Under the pieces are notes generated by a model. It saw nothing but the letters and a program-made list of their open reading frames with translations, was not told where the DNA came from and ran no database searches. This document shows, piece after piece, positions 20,006-28,637 of a stretch of DNA of 64,000 nt. The stretch is from an uncultured Gemmatimonadales bacterium. Lineage in GTDB: Bacteria; Gemmatimonadota; Gemmatimonadetes; Gemmatimonadales; Gemmatimonadaceae. Position 1 is the first letter of the stretch, and the number at the start of each line of letters is the position of its first letter. A program made the position numbers and the translations under genes. Location: contig CAWKMU010000003.1 in assembly GCA_963850905.1 (NCBI GenBank), forward strand, positions 2,144,001 to 2,208,000, read 5' to 3'.

Positions 20006-22441
20006 TTGCATGTGCTTTTTGCCCTCATCCCCGCGGTGCTCACCTTCGGGGCGCCAGTTTCTATTGCCCACACCGGGGCGACCCTGGCGTCCCCCGACAC
20101 GATCACGGTGCGATCCCCGGATAGCGCGGCGCGTGCCGAGACTTACAGTGGGCGCGCGGGGCAGCTCGCCGTACGGATCCCGCGTTTCGATGAGGGGGTC
20201 CCGCTGGATGGCACACTGAACGCCCCCGTCTGGGAGCGCGCAGCGCTCCTGACCGGCTTTTCAGAGTACACACCTGTCGATGGGCTGCCAGCCGAGGATT
20301 CGACGGAGGTGCTGGTCTGGTACTCCCCGCATGCCATCTATTTCGGTATCCGGGCGTTCGAGCCGCACGGCGGTGTCCATTACAAACTCGCTGATCGCGA
20401 CAAGATCGACGCCGACGACAACGTCCAGATCATTCTCAGCCCGTTCCTGCATTCGCGCCAGGCGCTCGTGTTTGCCGTCAACCCGCTTGGCATTCAGGAG
20501 GATGGCACCATCACGGAAGGGGTGAGCACCGGAAAACACTTCAATACCGGGAACACCCAGACCGGGCGCCCGACGACGGACCTGAGTCCCGATTTCGTCT
20601 ACGAGTCAAAGGGGCACATCACGCCGTTTGGATACGAGGTGGTCGTCCGTATTCCGTTTCGCAGCATCAAGTACCAGTCGTCGGACCCGCAGAATTGGGG
20701 GGTCAATGTGCTGCGCAAGGTCCAGCACTCGGGTCACGAGCAGACGTGGGTTCCGACGAAACTCGCCTCGGCGTCGTTCCTCGGCCAATCGGGGACCCTG
20801 GTCGGGCTGAGCGGCCTCCAAAGCGGCCTCGTGCTCGACCTCAACCCCTTCGTGACCGCGCACGCCATTGGCGACAGCGGTGGTCCGCAACCGTGGCGCT
20901 ACGGTGTCAGTCGGCCATCGTTCGGCGCGAACATGCGCTGGGGCATCACGAGCAATCTCACCATGACGGGCACCTACCGGCCCGATTTCGCCGAGGTCGA
21001 ATCGGACGCCACGAAGTTGATCATCGATCCCCGCAATGCGGTGTCCTATCCGGAGAAGCGCCCCTTCTTCCTCGAAGGTCTCGAGCAGTTCAGCACGCCC
21101 AACAACCTCATTTACACTCGACAGATCGAATCGCCCGTCGACGCCATCAAGCTCACCGGCAAGGTGTCCGACGTCACCGTCGCGTACCTGGGGGCGCAGG
21201 ACCAGGAAGACTCCTCGATGCTCGGACCCGGCCACGCGACGTTCAACGTCGTGCGTGCGTTTCGCGACGTTGGGTCGTCGTCGATCATTGGCGTGACGGC
21301 GACCGACAAGGAACTGGGCGGGGCGTTCAACCGGATGGCCAGCGCGGACGCTCGCCTGACCTTCGACAAGATCTACTCGGTGCAGCTACAAGGCGCTGCG
21401 AGCAGCACGCGCGACAGCGCCGGGACCGGGGGAGGCGCCGGGCCGTTGTGGTACGGTCGTTTCACACGCGCCGGCCGCACGTTCGGGTTCGACTACCTCT
21501 TCCGCGGCATCGATCCCGAATTCTTTGCTGGTAGCGGGTTCATCTCGAGGAACGGGGTCGCGGTCGCCAGCTTCGATCACCGTGTCACGCTGTATGCACC
21601 GCCTGGCGGGCTCGTCGAGACCTATGGTGGTGACTTCCGCTACTCGGACACCTGGGTCTACCGCGATCTGACGTCGGGTCGAGCGCCCGAGGACCGCCGT
21701 TATCAATTCAACGTGACCGCGACGCTCCACGGCGGATGGCAAATCGGTGGTGCCATCTATCTGGAGACGTTTGGATACGACCCGACCCTCTTCCAGAACT
21801 ACTACCTGGGCACGATCAGCCATGGCGATACGGTTCTGACGCGATTTCCCAACCAGGGGCTGATCCCCAACACGGACTATGTGTTTACGGTGTACACGCC
21901 CCAGTTTGGGCACTTCTATGCCAGTCTCATCGAGGTCTGGGGCCGCGATGAGAACTTCTATGAGTGGTCGTCGGCCGATGTCCAACTCCCATCGGTCGAG
22001 CTGACCTGGCAGCCGACCTCCCGGGTGCGAGCCGATCTGACGGTGACGGGACAGTACGACTGGCGACATTCGAACAAATCGATGGTCGCCCGAACGACGA
22101 TTCCGCGCCTCGACCTCGAATATCAGTTCACGCGGTCCATCTTCGTGCGACTCGTCGGCCAGTACGACGCGGCCTACCAGGACAGCCTGTACGACGATTC
22201 CCGCACCTATCTGCCGATCTTCATCAAGAATCCGACGACCGGTGTGATCAGCCGGGCGACCGCTGGCACCAGCAACGTGCTGAGCGGGCAGTTCCTTTTC
22301 GCGTACCAGCCCATCCCGGGCACGGTTGCGTTCATCGGGTACAACAACGACTCCAACGAGCCCTACGCCCTTCGCTTCTCCGGCTTGGTGCGACAGGCGG
22401 ACAACTTCTTCGTGAAGTTCAGCTATCTGTTCCGCATGTAG
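20006..22441 (+). CDS. DUF5916 family protein (CBM9-like N-terminal domain plus outer-membrane beta-barrel)
   Basis: LDGTLN..W, FAVNPLG.Q.D, RIPFRSIKY, PDFAEVESD, YPEKRPFFLEG, YTRQI, C-terminal FVKFSYLFRM. Confidence 0.82.
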   Translation: MHVLFALIPAVLTFGAPVSIAHTGATLASPDTITVRSPDSAARAETYSGRAGQLAVRIPRFDEGVPLDGTLNAPVWERAALLTGFSEYTPVDGLPAEDSTEVLVWYSPHAIYFGIRAFEPHGGVHYKLADRDKIDADDNVQIILSPFLHSRQALVFAVNPLGIQEDGTITEGVSTGKHFNTGNTQTGRPTTDLSPDFVYESKGHITPFGYEVVVRIPFRSIKYQSSDPQNWGVNVLRKVQHSGHEQTWVPTKLASASFLGQSGTLVGLSGLQSGLVLDLNPFVTAHAIGDSGGPQPWRYGVSRPSFGANMRWGITSNLTMTGTYRPDFAEVESDATKLIIDPRNAVSYPEKRPFFLEGLEQFSTPNNLIYTRQIESPVDAIKLTGKVSDVTVAYLGAQDQEDSSMLGPGHATFNVVRAFRDVGSSSIIGVTATDKELGGAFNRMASADARLTFDKIYSVQLQGAASSTRDSAGTGGGAGPLWYGRFTRAGRTFGFDYLFRGIDPEFFAGSGFISRNGVAVASFDHRVTLYAPPGGLVETYGGDFRYSDTWVYRDLTSGRAPEDRRYQFNVTATLHGGWQIGGAIYLETFGYDPTLFQNYYLGTISHGDTVLTRFPNQGLIPNTDYVFTVYTPQFGHFYASLIEVWGRDENFYEWSSADVQLPSVELTWQPTSRVRADLTVTGQYDWRHSNKSMVARTTIPRLDLEYQFTRSIFVRLVGQYDAAYQDSLYDDSRTYLPIFIKNPTTGVISRATAGTSNVLSGQFLFAYQPIPGTVAFIGYNNDSNEPYALRFSGLVRQADNFFVKFSYLFRM

Positions 22442-22486
22442 GCGCCGCGAGAGCATGCGCGGCCCGGGCCGGGGCGTCATCGTCAC

Positions 22487-23806
22487 GTGACAGACGTAAT
22501 CGTGGTCGGAGCGGGCGTGGCGGGACTATCGGCCGCTCGTGTGTTGCACGAATCCGGCGCGCGAGTGGTCGTGCTCGAAGCGCGCGATCGGGTCGGGGGA
22601 CGCATTCGCACACATCGCGCGCCGGGAGTCGCCCAGCCCATCGAGCTGGGGGCAGAGTTCGTGCACGGTCGGGTCGCAGCGACGTTCCGGATCGCGGACG
22701 AAGCGGCACTGTTGCTCTGTGAGCTCACGGGTGAGTGGTGGCGAGCGCGCGACGGTGTCCTCAGACCGGGCGAGGGTATGGATACCGCGATCGCACAGGT
22801 GATGGCTCGACTCGACGCGGCGCGCACCCCCGACCGGAGCTTCGCCGATTTCGCGAGCGAGATCCGCGAGGATCCTGCGCTCGCCCGGGCATTGCCGCGT
22901 GCACAGCTCTACGTCGAGGGGTTCGAGGCGGCCGATCCAGCGCGGATCGGCGAGCGCTGGCTCGCGCTCGCGGAAGCTGCAGGGAGAGCCGATCGGGAGG
23001 ACCAGCAGTTTCGGTTCGTGAACGGCTACGATGCGATACCCCTCGCGATCGCGAGCGCACTGCCCCCGGAGGCGCTACGCCTCTCGCACGTTGTGCGAGC
23101 GATTGAATGGGAGCCAGGCCACGCGGCGGTGACTACGGATCAGGGCACGCTGAGCGCGCGCGCGGTCGTGGTGACAGTGCCGCTTGGCGTGCTGACCGCT
23201 TCGGATGTGGAAGCGCTCGGCTCGATCGTGTTTCGGCCGGATCTCGGAACGGCCGTGCGGCGCGCGTTCAATGGGATGGCAATGGGCTCCGTCGTCCGCA
23301 TGGTGTTCAATTTCCGAGAACCATTCTGGACCGCGATGCCGCGAGGGCGTGTCCGCGACGATCCGACCGCCATCAGGTTCCTCTCTGTTGAGGATGGTGA
23401 TTTCAAGGTGTGGTGGACGCCGTTCCCGTTGCGCGCGCCCACGCTGACAGCATGGCTGGGTGGACCTCGGGCCGCAGCCCTGGCAGAGCTTCCGGTCGGC
23501 GCTATTGCGGAGCGCGCCCTGGGTGGTCTCGCTCGATCGCTGGGGATTCCCGCGTCCAGGCTGGAGTCCCTCGTCGCCGCCACCTGGTATCACGACTGGC
23601 AACACGATCCGTTCACCCGTGGCGCGTACAGTTACGGCGTGGTGGGCGGGATCGATGCGCCGCGCGCGCTGATGCAGCCGATTGCCGACACGCTGTTCCT
23701 TGCCGGCGAGCACACCGATCCCGACGGGCGGTCGGGCACCGTGCACGCGGCGATCATGAGCGGGCGCGGCGCCGCCGAGCGTGTGCGTCGCGCCCTCACT
23801 GGATGA
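22487..23806 (+). CDS. Flavin monoamine oxidase family protein
   Basis: VIVVGAGVAGL, EARDRVGGR, ELGAEFVHG, DPFTRGAYS, LFLAGEHT..GTVHAAIMSG. Confidence 0.92.
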   Translation: MTDVIVVGAGVAGLSAARVLHESGARVVVLEARDRVGGRIRTHRAPGVAQPIELGAEFVHGRVAATFRIADEAALLLCELTGEWWRARDGVLRPGEGMDTAIAQVMARLDAARTPDRSFADFASEIREDPALARALPRAQLYVEGFEAADPARIGERWLALAEAAGRADREDQQFRFVNGYDAIPLAIASALPPEALRLSHVVRAIEWEPGHAAVTTDQGTLSARAVVVTVPLGVLTASDVEALGSIVFRPDLGTAVRRAFNGMAMGSVVRMVFNFREPFWTAMPRGRVRDDPTAIRFLSVEDGDFKVWWTPFPLRAPTLTAWLGGPRAAALAELPVGAIAERALGGLARSLGIPASRLESLVAATWYHDWQHDPFTRGAYSYGVVGGIDAPRALMQPIADTLFLAGEHTDPDGRSGTVHAAIMSGRGAAERVRRALTG

Positions 23807-23869
23807 TCGGGGCGCGCGCCGGCCTCCCGGGGGATGAATGGGAGCGTGCTCGCGTGAAGATGGGCGATC

Positions 23870-24415
23870 TCATCGAAAAGCTGCCGGACGATCCGCGACT
23901 GCGCCCCGCGTCGTAAAGGCGGCGTTGGCGCCGTCCCCCAGGCGCCAGTGGGTCAACAGTGCGATCGCGAGTCCGATGCAGAACACGACGGCGGCCACCG
24001 CATTGACCCGCGCGACGAGCGGCGTCGGGCCTTCGCGCGGGGGGACGCGGGACAACGGCACCACGACGACATTCATGATGAGATAGACCAGCACGCCGTA
24101 GCCAAGGCCCGAGACCACCGGCCGGCGGCGAAGCAGCGGCAGCCTGAGACTGGCGAGGACGAACATGGCCGTCCACGCGAGCGCAATCGTGTAGTGCAGC
24201 ACGACGCCAAGCAGCACGGTGGCAACGCCACCGCTCGTCGCTGCCTGCACGCCGATCAATCCACTCGCGATGTAGCGGAAGACCATCGCCGGTGTCACAC
24301 CCCGAAAGCCGACGAAGATGAGGTCTTCGCTGATGTCCAGAGTGCCCGCGATCACCCCGATGCCGAGGATCGCGGTGAAGGCGCGAGCGTGAGATCGATC
24401 GGATGGCGTTGTCAT
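23870..24415 (-). CDS. Hypothetical 4-TM membrane protein
   Basis: AGTLDI, FRYIASGLIG, GVVLHYTIA, YGVLVYLIMNVVVVPLS; stop/start overlap with the upstream gene. Confidence 0.75.
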   Translation of the reverse strand: MTTPSDRSHARAFTAILGIGVIAGTLDISEDLIFVGFRGVTPAMVFRYIASGLIGVQAATSGGVATVLLGVVLHYTIALAWTAMFVLASLRLPLLRRRPVVSGLGYGVLVYLIMNVVVVPLSRVPPREGPTPLVARVNAVAAVVFCIGLAIALLTHWRLGDGANAAFTTRGAVADRPAAFR

Positions 24416-25889
24416 GGCAGCGGTTCGACTCGAAGTGTGTCGCCAGACAGGGCGATGACTGCCCGGCTGCTCGCCAGGCGCACGTGCGGTGCAGTGATCA
24501 CCAGGTCGCTGAGGGCGGCCGGTTGCTGCAAAGCGGCGAGCGCAATCGATGTGCCGCCCGCGGTGACCTTCACGCTGTCGGCCGGGCTCAGGAGGGATCG
24601 AAACGTCCCGGTGGAGTCATTGTGGATCGTCGCGATGTTGAGGTCCGCATCGAGCGACTTCCCCGCACACGGATGCACCCAGCGGGTGTGCAATTGCACG
24701 GCGGTCGTCACCTGCAGCACGTTCTGGGGGTCCAGGCCGCAGATACGGAAATCCCGGGCGGGGAGGGAGTCGGCGCTCATGATGAGCTGCACACCTTTGC
24801 CCGACAAATGCTGTCAACCCGCGCCTGGCTGGCGGTCTGGAGTGCCGCAATGTCTCGGACCGCCGCTCCGCGCAGCGCAGTCGCATCGAACCCGGTGGCG
24901 GCCGCGCTGCGCCACGCACGGGCCAGGTCGTCAAAACCGGATGCCACGGCCAGTGCGCCGTCGAGGGTCTCCCGGTGGTGCATGATGTCGTGTTTCCATG
25001 TCGTCGGCGCCAACTCGTCGAGCAGTGCTGCGATCGCAGGACCCGTGCGGTAGTATCGGATCCGGAACGAGCGCTGCCCATCTCGAGTGAGTGCCTCGAG
25101 CGCAGGGCGACGCGCGGCGAGCCGCTCCCGAGCGCCGGCTCGCCAATCGGTCGGTCCGTACGCGGCGATCAGTTGCAGCGCGCGGACGAGCGCATATTCG
25201 GCCAACCCTTCATTCAACTCGCTAGCCCGATCGAACTCCGCGTATTCCGCGTCCAGATCGGCAAGCCGTGCCTCGCGCACCGCCACGAACTCGCGGGCAA
25301 GCTCGCGGCGCCGCGCCTGGGTCGGCGCCACCGTCGCAGCCGCTAATACGCGTCCCTCGAGTGCGAACCCCGCTTCGTTTGTGACATCGAAGACTGGGTA
25401 GCTCGCGACGTAGTATGCGTTCTCGGTCTCGCCGAACCATGTCCCCGGACGGCGCGAAGCGCGCTCGAAAACGTGAAAGGCCTCATGGAAGGCTGTCGGA
25501 ATCAGGTCATCCGGGTCGACCGATGACACTGATACCTGCGCCACCGTCGTGCCTGCGAACACCTCCGACGTGTTTGCCGTAGTTTCGTGGCTGCTATCAC
25601 TCCAGGAGGCCTCCGGCAGACCCTGCACCGCTTCGAAGCCGGCGGGCGGCGCACCGTGCCATCCAACGAGGAGGAATCCCCGGCGCGGCAGCGCAAAGAC
25701 GACCGGGATGGTGTCGGGGCGATAGCCTGGCCACACCGCATTGCCGTACATCCGGCCAAGGCGCGCGGCCTCTGCGGCGGCGCGGGCGATCGTGCGCACG
25801 GTATCCATCGGCACCTGCGCACGCGCCTGTGGCGCAGGGGCAAAGGCGAGCTGCGCGGCGACGAGCAGGGTGACGGTAGGCCGGTGCAT
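24412..25889 (-). CDS. Secreted putative zinc metallopeptidase, gluzincin-like (frameshift near 24807)
   Basis: Signal peptide ..QARA|Q; HEAFH and downstream NEGLAEY; YYRTGP. C-terminal part lies in ORF 24412-24807. Confidence 0.65.
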
Positions 25890-25991
25890 GCGACGGTTCC
25901 TTCCGGTTGCCGAACTTACGTAGCTGCTAGTTAGTCCCACAATGTCCCCGGAACGATTACTCACTCAGATGTGATCTTCGCACCGCTGGAA

Positions 25992-28412
25992 TCAGTCTGC
26001 TCTGAGTGCCACTGCCGGGTCGACGCCGATCGCCCGCTGGGCAGGCAACCATGTAGCAAGGCCTGCAATGCCGAGCAGGATCCCACACACGCCTAAGAGG
26101 ATGACGGGATCAGCGGGCCAAACCTGGTAGAGGAGACTCGTGAGAAATCGGCTCAGCACGAGGGCGCCACCGACTCCTCCCACAAGGCCAAGCACCACGG
26201 GACGTGCGGCCTGTGTGCTGACCAGGCGCAGCACATCGCCGGGGGTCGCCCCCACCGTCATGCGTACGCCGATCTCGCGCGTGCGCTGTGCGACGAATTG
26301 GCGAAGCACGCCGTACAGCCCAGTCGCGGCAAGCAAGAGGGCAAAGATGGCGAAGGCTCCGAGGAGGGTGGCCCGAAACCGCGGATAGGCCAGGAAGAGT
26401 CCGAGACGCGCCTGCATTGTTTCCATCTCGCCAATTGCCGCGCCGCCACCAACATCTTCAATGGCGCGCTGTAATTGAGTCTCAGTCCCGCGAAGCGCAA
26501 CGGAAACGGCCCGCGGTGGGTCCTGGGACAGCGGTTCGAACACCTCTGGTCGCGTCACCCAGCCGATCTGGTGATAGCTGCTGGCAGTCTTCTCGTCTGC
26601 GACGACACCAACGATCGTTCGCCAGGGGTTCGACGGCCCTGCGCCGCCAACGCGTATGCGCTGTCCGATCGGGTCCGTCCCGTGGAAGTAGCCGCGCGCG
26701 ATGGACGCGCCGATGAGGGCGACGGGCTCCGTCGTCGCGCGGTCGCGCCCATCGAACGTGCGCCCCCGAAGCAACGAGATGCCCAACAACTCGAAATACC
26801 CGGGCCCCACTGTCCGCTCTCCGACACTGTAGGCGTCGCTGTCGGCCGTCTGTGTTGCCCCGGCGAGGCGCAGCCCGGCCGAGTTCCCCGCACTGTAGGG
26901 CGGGAGGCTGGTCGCGATGACCGCACGCTCTCCCAGCCGAGAGGCGAGCCGCTCGTAGAAGGCGAGCCGATGGTCGGGGTCCGAATACCGGTCCGCCGGA
27001 AGCACGATCCCCGTGACGGCCAGACCATTGGCGCGGAAGCCAAGCGGTTCCCCACTCATCTTGAAGACGCTCTTCAGCAGCAGCATTGCGCCGACGAGCA
27101 GGACGATCGAAAGGGCCATCTCAGCGGTCACGAGGGATCTGACCAAGTGCCGCGACGGCTTGGAGGCTCCCTCGCGACCGGTGCTTTTCAGCCCGGCCAA
27201 CGCCGCCGCTCGCGATGCTCGCCACGCTGGAAGCAGGCCGAAGACGAGAGCGGACCCAACCGAGGCAAGCAAGGCGAAGGCGAGCACCTGGCTGTTCACG
27301 GTGACGTGCGATCCAATCGGCATTTCAACCGGCGCGCGCGCGTGGAAATAGCGGACGCCCGCAAAGGCGAGCGCCACGCCGATCAGGCCTCCGACCAATG
27401 CCAGCACCAGCGCTTCAGTCAACAACTGCCGGACCATGCGTTGCTCACTGCATCCGAGTGCGACGCGCACGGCCAACTCTCGATGGCGCGCGACCCCCTG
27501 AGCCAGCAACAGGCTCGCAATGTTGAGGCACGCAATCAGCAGCACCAGTCCGACCGCGCCGGCGAGCACCCAGAGCGTGGTCTTGAGCTCGGTCTCCGCA
27601 AGGAAGGTGAACTCTTCCTGGAGGCCGTAGACGACCGGCACGAGATCGCGTTCTCGTCCGTCGGCGCGGTGCAGCGCTGCGTGCAGCGCTGCGACCTCCC
27701 GCTGGGCATCGCTCACGTGCACGCCGTCGCGGAGGCGCGCGAAGATGCCGACGGGGAGGCTGTCTCGTGCCGGCGAAAACCTGGGCGTCAGCAGAACCCA
27801 TAATCCCGTCACGTCGGGATAGAAGGCGAATCCGGGAGGCATGACCCCGACCACCGTGCAGGCCTGATCGTCGAGTGCGATCGCGCTGCCGACCAGGGCG
27901 GGGTCGGCACCGAGCGGTCCGCTCCAGAGGCGGTGGCTCAAGACGACTGCACATCCATCCGTCAGATCTGCAGCCGTGAAGGTTCGGCCGATTGCAGCGG
28001 ATACCCCGAGGAGGGAGAAGAAAGATTCGCTCACCGGCACAGCCAACACCGTTTGAGGGTGGCCGTGTCCGCTGAGCACGCGGCTGTCTACGGCCCACGT
28101 CGCGATCGCGGCGCCATCGAATGCCTTCGCATGTTGAGCGACTTCGCGAAAATCCGCGAAGCTGTCGAAGTTCTTCGAGGTGCCGCTGGCGCGGACATCT
28201 TTGTCCCAGATCGCAACCAGATGGGACGGGTTGCGGTACGGCAGCGGTTGAAGCAGGACACCGTCGATCACACTGAACACGGCGGCGCTCGCGCCGATGC
28301 CGAGCGCCAGGACGATGACCGCGAGGGCAGTCACGCCGCGCCTGCGGGCCATCCCTCGGCTGGCCTGCACGATGTCGTGCCAGAGCCCATCGTAGAAACT
28401 CAGGCTGTGCAC
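25992..28412 (-). CDS. ADOP/MacB-FtsX family ABC permease (806 aa)
   Basis: GTG 28412 after SD GGGGAGA; LALGIGASAAVFSVIDGVLLQPLPY, LLIACLNIASLLLA, QRTREIGVRMTVGA, PAQRAIGVDPAVALR. Confidence 0.92.
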   Translation of the reverse strand: MHSLSFYDGLWHDIVQASRGMARRRGVTALAVIVLALGIGASAAVFSVIDGVLLQPLPYRNPSHLVAIWDKDVRASGTSKNFDSFADFREVAQHAKAFDGAAIATWAVDSRVLSGHGHPQTVLAVPVSESFFSLLGVSAAIGRTFTAADLTDGCAVVLSHRLWSGPLGADPALVGSAIALDDQACTVVGVMPPGFAFYPDVTGLWVLLTPRFSPARDSLPVGIFARLRDGVHVSDAQREVAALHAALHRADGRERDLVPVVYGLQEEFTFLAETELKTTLWVLAGAVGLVLLIACLNIASLLLAQGVARHRELAVRVALGCSEQRMVRQLLTEALVLALVGGLIGVALAFAGVRYFHARAPVEMPIGSHVTVNSQVLAFALLASVGSALVFGLLPAWRASRAAALAGLKSTGREGASKPSRHLVRSLVTAEMALSIVLLVGAMLLLKSVFKMSGEPLGFRANGLAVTGIVLPADRYSDPDHRLAFYERLASRLGERAVIATSLPPYSAGNSAGLRLAGATQTADSDAYSVGERTVGPGYFELLGISLLRGRTFDGRDRATTEPVALIGASIARGYFHGTDPIGQRIRVGGAGPSNPWRTIVGVVADEKTASSYHQIGWVTRPEVFEPLSQDPPRAVSVALRGTETQLQRAIEDVGGGAAIGEMETMQARLGLFLAYPRFRATLLGAFAIFALLLAATGLYGVLRQFVAQRTREIGVRMTVGATPGDVLRLVSTQAARPVVLGLVGGVGGALVLSRFLTSLLYQVWPADPVILLGVCGILLGIAGLATWLPAQRAIGVDPAVALRAD

Positions 28413-28637
28413 GCGATGTCTCCCCACGATTGATGGCCACGCCGGAGCCACCCTTTGTGCCGGCTGCGTTGAGCCAGGCGGCGAGCGCTCAGCCCGAGCG
28501 GCTACTGTACTCGGAGGGGCGGATACCCGCCTGCAATCTGGCGGATCCACCCTGGCTCCGCGCTAGTCAGGTCGGCGTGTGTAGCAGCGGCGCATCAGGG
28601 CAGGGGAGAGCAGACAAAGGCATCGCGTAGCCCTATC

